From positions 1-57,079 of IMG/VR virus record IMGVR_UViG_3300046007_011426: a stretch of DNA of 57,079 nucleotides; one strand, written 5' to 3'. Origin of the DNA: a virus. Its lineage: Duplodnaviria; Caudoviricetes. The position numbers and the translations under genes are program-made. A model generated the notes under the pieces. It saw only the letters and a program-made list of their open reading frames with translations. It was not told the origin of the DNA and made no database searches. Below, piece by piece: positions 17,585 through 27,300 of this stretch. Positions within the stretch are counted from its first letter, which is position 1; every line of letters starts with the position of its first letter.

Positions 17585-18900
17585 TGTCAAATTTAGCAGC
17601 CCTCGGCGGAAAAGGACAACTAAAAGAACTCCGATTAATCTCTAACTATTCAGGAGATCTTAATCTCACTGATGGATTTATTGAAATGATTCTTTATGAA
17701 AGTGTTCTTGATTACTCAACCAGGGCAACACTTTCTTTTGTAGACACCGGTTACAGGCCAAATAAATCTGGAACCGCCGCAATGGAATCTGGCGACATTA
17801 ATCTTGTTTCCGGTGAGCAATTTGAATTTAAGGCAACTGATGGATATGATCAAGTACTAGAATGTAAAAATAATTACCGAATGATTACTGATGCAATTCA
17901 TTCAATAGATGAGCAAGTAAATAAAACAATAATTTCTCTTTCTTTTGCATCACAAGAGCACATAACAAACGACTTTGTAAAAAACAGACTAACAAAAAGA
18001 TACGAAGGAAAAATATCCGATTCGGTTTCAAGAATCTTAAAAGAGTTTACAACCAAACCAACAGATATTGATCAGACCCTAAATGAATTTGTCTTTAACG
18101 GCGACAACGAAAAACCATTTTATAGAATCCCCTGGCTCGCGAAAAAATCAGTGCCGGATGTACCAAATGCAAAAGAAAACCTGGCCGGTTATTTCTTTTA
18201 TGAGACCTTTTATGATGGGACTTTTGGTGGTTATCACTTCAAGTCTATTGATAAACTCTGGACAAATCCCCCAAAAAGAAAGTTAATTTATAATGATCTA
18301 GTAACAACGCCACCTAGATATACCGGAAAGATACTTGCTTATTCGTTTGACAATTCTTTGAGTCTAAGTAAAATGGCCAAGTCTGGTGTATTTTCTACCC
18401 AGCAATTAAAAACATTTGACTTTATAACAAACGTAAGAACAGTAAGCGATAGATCAGATGTTGATCGTTTAAGTACTAATTATACTGGCGGCCTAGAACC
18501 ACCTAAAATTGCATCGCATCTAGATTTCTGGAATACCCAAACAAGAATCAGCGAATCTATTGTTGATCGTGGGGTTCTCCCACCTGGAACGAATTTAGAA
18601 CAACAACTCAAGTCTTTAGATCGACTAAATTTTAATGAAGAAGAGATTTTAAGGCAGTCTTGTGCTAGGTATAATAACTTATTCACCGTAAAACTTTCTG
18701 TTACTATTGCAGGAGACTTTGGAATTCATGCAGGAGACATTATTGAATGCGATTTTCCTGAGGTTTCATCCAAGGCAAATAAAATTGTCAGCAACAAAAA
18801 GAGTGGTAGATATATGGTAATTGATGTTGCTCATCGAATTCATGCAAATGGTTATTATACGACCCTAAATATGGCTAGGGAAACGATTTATAAAAAATGA
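17584..18900 (+). CDS. Baseplate hub protein (gp27-like)
   Basis: LYESV, FFYET..YHFKSID and GDF.IHAGD..SGRYMV..VAH motifs; precedes gp5. Confidence 0.7.
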   Translation: MSNLAALGGKGQLKELRLISNYSGDLNLTDGFIEMILYESVLDYSTRATLSFVDTGYRPNKSGTAAMESGDINLVSGEQFEFKATDGYDQVLECKNNYRMITDAIHSIDEQVNKTIISLSFASQEHITNDFVKNRLTKRYEGKISDSVSRILKEFTTKPTDIDQTLNEFVFNGDNEKPFYRIPWLAKKSVPDVPNAKENLAGYFFYETFYDGTFGGYHFKSIDKLWTNPPKRKLIYNDLVTTPPRYTGKILAYSFDNSLSLSKMAKSGVFSTQQLKTFDFITNVRTVSDRSDVDRLSTNYTGGLEPPKIASHLDFWNTQTRISESIVDRGVLPPGTNLEQQLKSLDRLNFNEEEILRQSCARYNNLFTVKLSVTIAGDFGIHAGDIIECDFPEVSSKANKIVSNKKSGRYMVIDVAHRIHANGYYTTLNMARETIYKK

Positions 18901-19106
18901 CATTACAAGAACACATACAAAATAATGAAAAAGAACTTGCCGATCCACTGGTTAGTTCTCAACGCAGAAGGCACCTTTCTTCTGAACTAGTTGATCTTTT
19001 GAAATACCAATCAGAGAATCCAACAGTTTCTAAAGACCCAACGGCCCTAGAACTCTTTTGTTATTTTAATCCATCAGAATTAGAATGTAAAATCTTCAAT
19101 CTATGA
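18897..19106 (+). CDS. cp12: CP12-like Calvin-cycle inhibitor (phage type, diverged C-terminus)
   Basis: HI...L.DP..S.QRRRH...EL..L..Y...P....DPT.LELFC..NP...EC; C-x8-C pair at the C-terminus. Confidence 0.8.
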   Translation: MTLQEHIQNNEKELADPLVSSQRRRHLSSELVDLLKYQSENPTVSKDPTALELFCYFNPSELECKIFNL

Positions 19107-21376
19107 GTGACTTTTTTGATCCACAAACTGGAGGCCTAAATCAACTTTATGGATTTATTGGTCAGATTGCCGATGATTCTTCGTGGATTAATAACACCGC
19201 CAATAAAAATTTTGAACATAAACTCCATTTAACAAACGATATTGCCGGGGCCTCAAGAAGAGTCAAGGTCCAGATTATTGGAAAACATGTAGAAGTAAAA
19301 AATATTTCGGATGAACAACTCCCAATGGCCGAGGTTCTTCTTCCGACAACCGCCGGATCAGGTCATGGAGGAAGTCATCAGACCCCAAACCTTAAACAGG
19401 GAATGTACGTTTTTGGGTTCTTTAAAGATGGCAAACAGGGAACCCAACCAGTCATAATTGGTGTTCTCCCTAATGATCCGAGGGTTCCTCTTTTTGGGGG
19501 AAATCCATCCCAAAACTTTGTCGCCAGAAGTGGTTTTAAAGGAGTCGGTCGATCAATCCCGGTTTCTACATCTTACATAAGACTAGAGGGACCAGCATCT
19601 CCAACAGAAGCAGAAGGAGGTTCTGTTTCTCCAAATCAGGCAGTACTTTCTTATGATGATCAAAATAAAAAAGGCAAAAAACCATTATACGTCCCAAAGA
19701 CTGTGGGATGTGAGGGGCCATCGGGAGAATTAAAGGGCATTCAAAAACAATTACAGTCCTTTTTATTTGAGGTAAAAAGAGCCAAAAGAGCCTCTCAGCA
19801 ATTCATCGGGGCCGCATCTAACTTAAACTCTAATATAAACAACATAATAAATCAATATTCTGGTTTTATTGCCAATTTATTTAAATCTTTACTGTCAAAG
19901 GCCAGAGGATTTGTAATAAACGAATTGAATAAACAATTAACCAAATTATATGAGCAGGTTCCTCCAAATTTAAGATCTAATCTGGCCAAGGTAAATGAGG
20001 GAGTAACGAATACAATTCAATGTGTTTTTAATAAAATAATTTCTCAATTATTAAAAATCGTCAAGGACTTATTGCAACAGGCAATCGAGAGATATGTTAA
20101 TGCTCCTTTATGTGCGGCAGAAAGTTTTATCACGAGCATAATTTCTACTTTTCTTGGTGATCTTACTTCTGGTATCAGTGAGGCCTTGGGTGCTATTTCT
20201 GGGGTATTATTAAATGTTTCTCAGACTCTTTTCAGGGCATTTGATGTCTTGATTGGGGTTCTTGAATTTTTAACCTGTCAACCAGACCTTGATTGTCAAA
20301 TTTTAGACGAATGGTCTTTTTGGGATGGCTCAAATCTTTCAACCAGTAACCTAAAAACAAGATCGGGAATTACCTCTTCATTAATTGGATTTGTCAATTC
20401 CCAGAATACATCTGGTGAATTAATTCCTGGATGTAGTTCGGCCCAACTACCATGTGGTCCACCTAAACTAACAGTTCTAGGTGAAGGCCAAGAATTTGCC
20501 CAGGGAAATCTTATTATTGGATTGTCTGGGCGTATTATGGGTGTTGATCTTATAACAGGTGGAAGATATTCTGGTGAAACCCCAATACAGGTAAAAATTG
20601 TTGATGAATGTGGTCTAGGTAATGGGGCCACGGGTGTTGCAATAACCGAAAAAAATAAAAAGAAAACTGGTATTGGAACAACGGCCCTAGAAGACGATGA
20701 TACCTTAAGTGTAAAAAGCATTGTTTTTATAGATCCAGGAGCCGGATATTTGGGTTCACCCGATGGCTCAACAGGAGGAGACGGAACACTTTTCTCTAAA
20801 CCAGACGAGACAATTATAGGGACAGACGTATTCCGGCCAGGAGTTTCTGTTCCGGTTACTCCAGGCCAAGAAGTTTTTCTACCACCAAATACAATAGTAG
20901 AAATTGTAAATGAGAATCAGGAAGTGGTTGATACTTTAAACGGAGAAGGTCAAACAACTCCTATACCAATTACTACTCCTGGAACAATTATAACACCAGA
21001 ACCAAACATTCCTGATTCTGTAATTACCCCTTCTTATGATGTTTTTGTATGTATTGAGGATCTTGCAATTATTAGTGGAGGATTTAATTATTCGCCTAAT
21101 GATCAAATCATTATAACCCCGGATAATGGGGCCAAATTTGAGCCGATTTTAGACAAGTTTGGATCCATAAAAGAAGTCAGGATAATAGCCAAGGGCTGTG
21201 GTTTTACTGATGTTCCTCGCATAACCGTCAGATCAGAAACCGGAATAAATGCCAATCTTGTCCCCGTCTTCTCCTTTACCCGCATAAATAGGGCAGAAGA
21301 AGAGGATACCTCTGGACTTCAGGTTGTTAATGTTGTTGACTGTGTTGGGGCCATAAATCGTGAATTTGTCAGATAA
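19103..21376 (+). CDS. gp5: Baseplate hub/spike gp5 (N-terminal OB-fold)
   Basis: RVKVQIIGKH..LPMA.V..PTT..GMYVFGFFKDG..QPVIIG. Confidence 0.8.
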   Translation: MSDFFDPQTGGLNQLYGFIGQIADDSSWINNTANKNFEHKLHLTNDIAGASRRVKVQIIGKHVEVKNISDEQLPMAEVLLPTTAGSGHGGSHQTPNLKQGMYVFGFFKDGKQGTQPVIIGVLPNDPRVPLFGGNPSQNFVARSGFKGVGRSIPVSTSYIRLEGPASPTEAEGGSVSPNQAVLSYDDQNKKGKKPLYVPKTVGCEGPSGELKGIQKQLQSFLFEVKRAKRASQQFIGAASNLNSNINNIINQYSGFIANLFKSLLSKARGFVINELNKQLTKLYEQVPPNLRSNLAKVNEGVTNTIQCVFNKIISQLLKIVKDLLQQAIERYVNAPLCAAESFITSIISTFLGDLTSGISEALGAISGVLLNVSQTLFRAFDVLIGVLEFLTCQPDLDCQILDEWSFWDGSNLSTSNLKTRSGITSSLIGFVNSQNTSGELIPGCSSAQLPCGPPKLTVLGEGQEFAQGNLIIGLSGRIMGVDLITGGRYSGETPIQVKIVDECGLGNGATGVAITEKNKKKTGIGTTALEDDDTLSVKSIVFIDPGAGYLGSPDGSTGGDGTLFSKPDETIIGTDVFRPGVSVPVTPGQEVFLPPNTIVEIVNENQEVVDTLNGEGQTTPIPITTPGTIITPEPNIPDSVITPSYDVFVCIEDLAIISGGFNYSPNDQIIITPDNGAKFEPILDKFGSIKEVRIIAKGCGFTDVPRITVRSETGINANLVPVFSFTRINRAEEEDTSGLQVVNVVDCVGAINREFVR

Positions 21377-21989
21377 CAATAACTCTAGGCCGACTGGACC
21401 TAAAACTAATCCAGAAACCATTTCATATGGAAATAAAGATGGTCGAATTAAATTCGGTCATCTACACATGGAAAATGATAATCTGGATTCATGTGTAACG
21501 TCCGGTGTTTATTTAAATGCCTATGATTCAAGGCATTATATGTCCTTCGATATTGATGGTCATAGAAAGGGCTGGACCTTAAATAGTTGTCCGGGCTCTT
21601 ATCAAATTCTTTGTGGCGAGGATACTAAAAAAGGCGATTTTGGATTTTTTCTTCTTGCCGAAAACGGAGACATTATAATAAGAGCCCCAAATGGAAGAGT
21701 AAGAATTTCTGGTCTTGATGTTGACATAAGAGCCGATGGCCCAGATAACACCAGAGGATCAGTTAATATTGATTCCAATCAAAGTGTAAACATCAATACC
21801 GGGACATTTGATATAAAGGCCTCAGTCGGGGCCAAAATTTTTACCTCGGCAACCCTAAGTCTTATTGGCAACACATCAATGAAAATTGTCAGTAATTTTG
21901 TCGAAGGTCTCAGTGCCGCAACAAGTACTAGACCTAGCAAGACTTCTCCAGATTCCACTTCTCAATTCAATCGATTTTCTAGTTACTAA
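21360..21989 (+). CDS. gp5 C-terminal beta-helix-like spike protein
   Basis: Short beta-strand repeats (AENGDIIIRAPNGRVRI); directly follows gp5. Confidence 0.55.
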   Translation: MNLSDNNNSRPTGPKTNPETISYGNKDGRIKFGHLHMENDNLDSCVTSGVYLNAYDSRHYMSFDIDGHRKGWTLNSCPGSYQILCGEDTKKGDFGFFLLAENGDIIIRAPNGRVRISGLDVDIRADGPDNTRGSVNIDSNQSVNINTGTFDIKASVGAKIFTSATLSLIGNTSMKIVSNFVEGLSAATSTRPSKTSPDSTSQFNRFSSY

Positions 21990-22771
21990 TGGCCTTTCAA
22001 TACGATGATTTATCCATATCTCATCAATTTATAGTTGGTGAGGGATTCCCCTCTTTTCTTGGTCTCGGGGCCGGAAAGATAAGGGGCTCTGCATATATCG
22101 AGGGTCCGGTTGTTATGGGTGAATCTGCCGCATTTCCAAACGTGGCCGCAACCCTCATGGTCGGACCCAATCAAAACGTTGATTCAACATCTCCAAATAC
22201 TCCAGGAGCCCTATGTGGAGTAAATTTTTCTCCTTATTCGTTGGCGGTTTATGGTAATGCGGTTGTTTTTGATAACATTAGCATAAACAAAGACACCTAT
22301 TCTGGTGGAAATATTATTGCTCAGGGAAATGTTGTTTCTCAATGTGGTGGCCATGTTCTTTCTGCAAAGAAGAATTTCGATATTCCTCACCCATCCAAAG
22401 AAGGCTGGAGACTGAGACACACATGCACAGAGGCTCCTTATAACGATGTTTATATTAGAGGAAAATTAAAAAATTCTTCCGAGATTATTCTACCAGAATA
22501 CTGGAAGGATTTTGTTGACATTTCTTCTATAACCGTTTCAATCACCCCAATTGGAGCCCATCAGGACATTATTGTAAAGGCCATAACAGAAAATAAAGTG
22601 CTATTACAATCAAAAGGCCCTATTCCAATTAATTGTTTTTATCACATTTTTGCAGAAAGAAAAGACGGAGAAAAACTAATTCCAGAATATCAAGGAGAAA
22701 GTCCTTCTGATTATCCAGGAAATAGTAACGAATATTCAGTTGTTGGCTTTAATTATGACAGGAGAGACTAA
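21989..22771 (+). CDS. Structural protein with KxFDIxHP/RLRHxCxE domain
   Basis: C-terminal domain paralogous to the next ORF. Confidence 0.65.
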   Translation: MAFQYDDLSISHQFIVGEGFPSFLGLGAGKIRGSAYIEGPVVMGESAAFPNVAATLMVGPNQNVDSTSPNTPGALCGVNFSPYSLAVYGNAVVFDNISINKDTYSGGNIIAQGNVVSQCGGHVLSAKKNFDIPHPSKEGWRLRHTCTEAPYNDVYIRGKLKNSSEIILPEYWKDFVDISSITVSITPIGAHQDIIVKAITENKVLLQSKGPIPINCFYHIFAERKDGEKLIPEYQGESPSDYPGNSNEYSVVGFNYDRRD

Positions 22772-23421
22772 TGGAAGAAGATCTTAGAACAAACGTAGAA
22801 AAAACTACTCTTATTAATCAACCACCAGAAGGTCCAAATTGTGACGACGAAACTCCTACTGGCCGAAAATCAAGCAGGTTTGATTATGTTGTTAAGACAA
22901 TAAACAATGGTGGGAGATTTTATGAAGAATGTGAACCCTGGTTGTATGGAAACATGCAAGTTGATAATCTCCAAATAAACGGAACCGCAACCGGGGATTT
23001 CCAAGGAACAATCAATGTTCAGTCATGGAAAGGGTTCGATATCAAACACCCAACTAGACCAAGCCACAGACTACGGCACATTTGCCTTGAAGGACCTGAG
23101 GCGGGGATCTATATAAGAGGAAGACTAACCGAAAACACGGTCATCAATCTCCCAGAATATTGGAGAAATCTTATAGATCCAGAATCAATTACTGTTCATC
23201 TAACTCCAATTGGATATTCACAAGATCTTATTGTAGAAAAGATCGAATGGGGGCAGAGAATAGTGATTAAATCAAATAGTGGTAATACTATTGATTGTTT
23301 TTATGAGGTAAAGGCCTCAAGGATTGATGGGGAACCATTAATTGTTGAATACGAAGGGGAAACCCCCAAAGATTATCCGGGTGATTTTAGTCAATTTTCA
23401 ATTTCGGGGTACGATTACTAA
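22771..23421 (+). CDS. Structural protein, paralogue of the preceding ORF
   Basis: KGFDIKHP..RLRHICLEGPE..LPEYW..TPIG..QD. Confidence 0.65.
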   Translation: MEEDLRTNVEKTTLINQPPEGPNCDDETPTGRKSSRFDYVVKTINNGGRFYEECEPWLYGNMQVDNLQINGTATGDFQGTINVQSWKGFDIKHPTRPSHRLRHICLEGPEAGIYIRGRLTENTVINLPEYWRNLIDPESITVHLTPIGYSQDLIVEKIEWGQRIVIKSNSGNTIDCFYEVKASRIDGEPLIVEYEGETPKDYPGDFSQFSISGYDY

Positions 23422-23591
23422 TGTTTATGACACGAGAAACTCATGATGAGTTATTTAAATTACAAGAAGACATGGCCGAGTATTTTACTTCAGAGTATTT
23501 TCCTGTTTCTGGGGAAGCCTACTGGACAATTGTTGAAAGTATTGCCACGGCAAAACTAGCCGAGCTAAAAGGAGAACTGGCCAGTTCATAA
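23421..23591 (+). CDS. Small hypothetical protein (56 aa, not in ORF track)
   Basis: MFMTRETHDELFKLQEDMAEYF...VSGEAYWTIVESIATAKLAELKGELASS; TAATG coupling. Confidence 0.75.
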   Translation: MFMTRETHDELFKLQEDMAEYFTSEYFPVSGEAYWTIVESIATAKLAELKGELASS

Positions 23592-23634
23592 ACTGTCCAT
23601 TCATAAGACTTTTTGATAAAAATGGGTGTATTAT
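23578..23634 (+). promoter_or_regulatory. Palindromic element + -10 box
   Basis: TGGCCAGTT-CATA-AACTGTCCA; TATTAT at 23629. Confidence 0.75.
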
Positions 23635-23648
23635 AATAAGGCCAATAA

Positions 23649-23846
23649 ATGGAGAACAAAATGCGCGGCTTTATTAACAAAGATCAAATTCTAGAATCTT
23701 ATCGTCAAAAAACTCATCTTGATAAGTTTGAGGCGATTACCGAAGTAATCAACGAGACTTTCCCAGAAGATACTGCGGAGATGCCTTATTCGGATTATTA
23801 TCACACGATCTATACTGTTTGGAGTATTATCGAGAATGCGTCCTGA
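23649..23846 (+). CDS. Hypothetical protein
   Basis: ORF directly downstream of the palindromic promoter. Confidence 0.6.
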   Translation: MENKMRGFINKDQILESYRQKTHLDKFEAITEVINETFPEDTAEMPYSDYYHTIYTVWSIIENAS

Positions 23847-24000
23847 AACTAGACAGGCAATGGAAGATCTCTTTTATGCCCGAAGAAATCTTCCAGATTG
23901 TGCCGAATCATGCAATCTCACGAACAAGGAAATGAAAATCATTTTCAACGAATATTGCCGGTTAAACCTGGCAAATTACACTCCAGAAATAAATAGTTAA
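23836..24000 (+). CDS. Small hypothetical protein (54 aa, possibly HTH-like; not in track)
   Basis: MRPETRQAMEDLFYARRNLPDCAESCNLTNKEMKIIFNEYC... Confidence 0.7.
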   Translation: MRPETRQAMEDLFYARRNLPDCAESCNLTNKEMKIIFNEYCRLNLANYTPEINS

Positions 24001-24016
24001 AATGTGGACCGGTTCA

Positions 24017-24304
24017 ATGGGATATAAATTGTCAAGTGGTTATAGATGGTATCAGGTCCCCAATGAGCCAAAAATGTTGGTCAAGGTCTATTATATTGAA
24101 GGAATTCCTTATGAATTTGATGAAGTAACTCAGATTCAAAAAGATAATCCAGAAATTATTTCCGAGGCTGACCGAAATAAGGCACTTCATGCGGATGATG
24201 TATTTAAGAAATCTGATTACCTTATTGCCGAGATGATTCATCCTCTTCTTTTTGAAGTAGAGGTAGAAAATCCTGAGGAATTACCAAACGATTACGCTGC
24301 CTAA
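24017..24304 (+). CDS. Conserved cyanophage hypothetical protein
   Basis: VKVYYIEGIPYEFD..S.YLIAE..HPLLF; late motif ATAAATA at 23989-23995; start chosen at the internal ATG. Confidence 0.7.
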   Translation: MGYKLSSGYRWYQVPNEPKMLVKVYYIEGIPYEFDEVTQIQKDNPEIISEADRNKALHADDVFKKSDYLIAEMIHPLLFEVEVENPEELPNDYAA

Positions 24305-24308
24305 TTAA

Positions 24309-24315
24309 CTAAATA
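24309..24315 (+). promoter_or_regulatory. Late promoter
   Basis: CTAAATA before the 2116-aa gene. Confidence 0.7.
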
Positions 24316-24343
24316 TACTTAAGAAAGTATATTTGGTCAAATA

Positions 24344-27300
24344 ATGGCTCTTAGTCGGTTATCAAATTTCCTCAGGTCTTCACGCGGGAAGATTTTACAC
24401 GTTAATCCTGAGAATCTAGATGCATCTGATTCTATAATTAACTCAGGTGACACTCCATTTACGCCATTTAAAACACTAAACAGGGCCTTAATTGAAGCGT
24501 CCAGGTATTCTTATCAGGTAGGATTAAATAATGACCGCTTCAATTTCTGCACAATCCTTCTTTATTCTGGAACCCATTATGTAGATAATCGTCCTGGACT
24601 TGTTATCGAAGACGACGGGACTTCTTATGTAAGAAACGGAGCCCAGACGTCATTAACCCAGTTTGACCTAACAACAGTAATGGATCTATCAGATCCAGAG
24701 AATAAGCTATATCTTCTAAACTCGGTTTATGGTGGTCTTATTGTTCCTCGTGGTACATCGATTATTGCTAATGACCTAAGAAAAACAGAAGTCATCCCTC
24801 TTTATGTTCCAGATTCAAGAAACGCGAATATCGAAAGATCCGCTATTTTCAGAACCACCGGGGCATCATTTTTCTATGGCTTTACTGTAACCGATGCTGA
24901 TCCAACCGGCTTTTGTTATAAAAATTATAATAAACAAAAATTTGTTCCGAATTTCTCTCACCATAAACTAACCGCATTTGAGTATGTTGATGGCGTAAAT
25001 CCAGTAAAAATTAATGATACTTTCCTAGACGTTAATACGACCAGAACAGATCTCCAGCAATATTACGAGAAGATTTCTATTGTTTATGGAGCAAGTTCAG
25101 GCAAAGAAATTGATTCGGTAAGCTATATTGGAGGGGTATCTGTCGATATTCAGCCGGTTATTGATGAATATCGAATTGTTGGTCCTAGAGGTGAACAAGT
25201 CGGGATCAGTAGCATTCGCTCTGGTAATGGGGTAACACCAACCGAAGTCATCACAGTAACTTTAGATAGTCCGGTTAAAGGAATTTCTGTTGATACTGCG
25301 ATCCAAGTATCTGGAGTCTTTGAAGGTTTTGACGGTCAATTTGTTGTTTCTGCAATTCCTTCTGAAAATCAGATCCAATATAAAACCTCAGAGGTTCCCG
25401 TTGTTGCTCTTCCTTCTGTTTTCGGCGCAACCCTGAATATCATTTCAGATACAACCGCGTCTTCTTCTCCTTATGTAAACAAGGTTTCACTAAAATCCTC
25501 TCTTGGTCTGTGTGGTCTTCATGCAGATGGTAGTAAAGTAGAAGGATTCAAGAGCTTCGTTGTTGCAGAATTTACGGCAATCAGTCTACAGAAAGACAAT
25601 GATGCTTTTGTAATTTATGATGAAACTTCTGGTACTTACGTTGATTCAAATGTGGTTCCAGATCTTTATAAAAATACAAGAGCCAGGTATAAGCCAGATT
25701 TTGAAAATTATCATGTTAAACTTTCTAACGATGCCTTTGCCCAGCTAGTATCAGTATTTTCAATTGGTTATGCGGCCCAGATTATTGCCGAAAGTGGCGG
25801 GGACTATTCAATAACCAATTCAAACTCTAATTTTGGCGCAAAGTCCTTTATTGCATCTGGCTTTAAATCGGATGCATTTGATCAGGACGACCATGGTTTT
25901 ATTGTTGGTATTGTTCCACCAGAAAATATTTTAAACTCAACAATAAACGTCGAATTCCCCCAGATAGACGTTGGTGTGACAACAACTGCCGCAGCCGGTG
26001 CCGCAACTACAACGAGACTTTATCTTTATAATGAAAAGAGCCTAGAAAATCCACCGAAACATTTTATTAATGGTTATAAAATTGGTGCCAAAATTGATGA
26101 AAAACTGTTTATCAATTATCCATCAAACGTTTCCTCTAATGTTGTAATTCCTGGAACCACCTCATCATACGAAAAAACATCAACTGTTCAGAGACAAAAC
26201 AATAATACCCAAAATGCCATTACAAATGGAGTCATTTCCCTGACTAGTGCCCATGCTTTTTCTGCCGGAGAAAAGGTCAGGGTTTTCTCTGATAATGCCC
26301 ATTTACCCGATGGGATTGGACCAAATATTGTATATTATGTTATTGATTCAACAATCGATAATACCCTGACTTCTAGTCAAATAAAACTCGCCGCAACATT
26401 TAATAATTTTTTAAATAATGTTGCAGTTCTTCCCAATAGAAAAGGCGGGATCCTTGAGATTTCAAGTAAGGTTTACGACAAGATTCCAAATGAGCCAGGG
26501 CATCCCATCCAGTGGGATAGTAATCTAAACAACTGGTATGTCACGGTAAATTCTGTTGACAATGGAATTTATTCTACAATACGAAATACAAATCGAATTG
26601 TAACCGGAAAAACCTACATCACAAGAACCCCGGACAATAGAACCGAAGATGATAAAATCTATAAGCTGGTTTATTGTATCCCAAGAAATACAACCACTGC
26701 GGCCAGACCTCCGGTGGATGGTTTTGTTATTCAAGAAAGTGGAGATTCTTCCCTTTCTGGTTCTGAATTTTCTAGGTACTTTGGTGGGGTTGATTTAGAT
26801 TCAGATACCGAACTAAGAAATCCGAAATTTATTTCTAACGCGGCATGGGCCTCTAATGAAGTCACTTTTACAACAGAACTTGATCATAAACTAAAGGTAA
26901 ACGATCAGGTCGAAATTAATAATATTCTGCCCGTTGCATATAATGGTAGCTACACTGTAACTAGAATTCCTTCTTCAAGAAGTTTTGTCGTTACCCTGAC
27001 CTCTGATCCTGGGACCTTTGCAAATAATACAACAGTAAGAAATTCTTCACTGCCTTTTGTAAAGAGAAAGAACACTAACAATATTTTCAAAATTTATAAG
27101 TCTAAAGAACTTAAAAAATTCATTAGAAATAAACAGGATGGTCTTTATGAACTATATGTTCTGCACAGTTCAGTAAAACCAACCATTGCTCCTTTTACGG
27201 GTTATAGTTTTTCACAACCAGTTAAAAATCTATATCCAAGACTAGAAAGAGACAATTTTAATTCAGATCCACAACCCTCCCAGTGCTTTGCGGATCATAA

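Noticed and set aside
23421-24340. tRNA genes in the gap regions
   Set aside because: No T-loop or cloverleaf pattern seen; the space is filled by small ORFs. tRNAscan-SE would be decisive.
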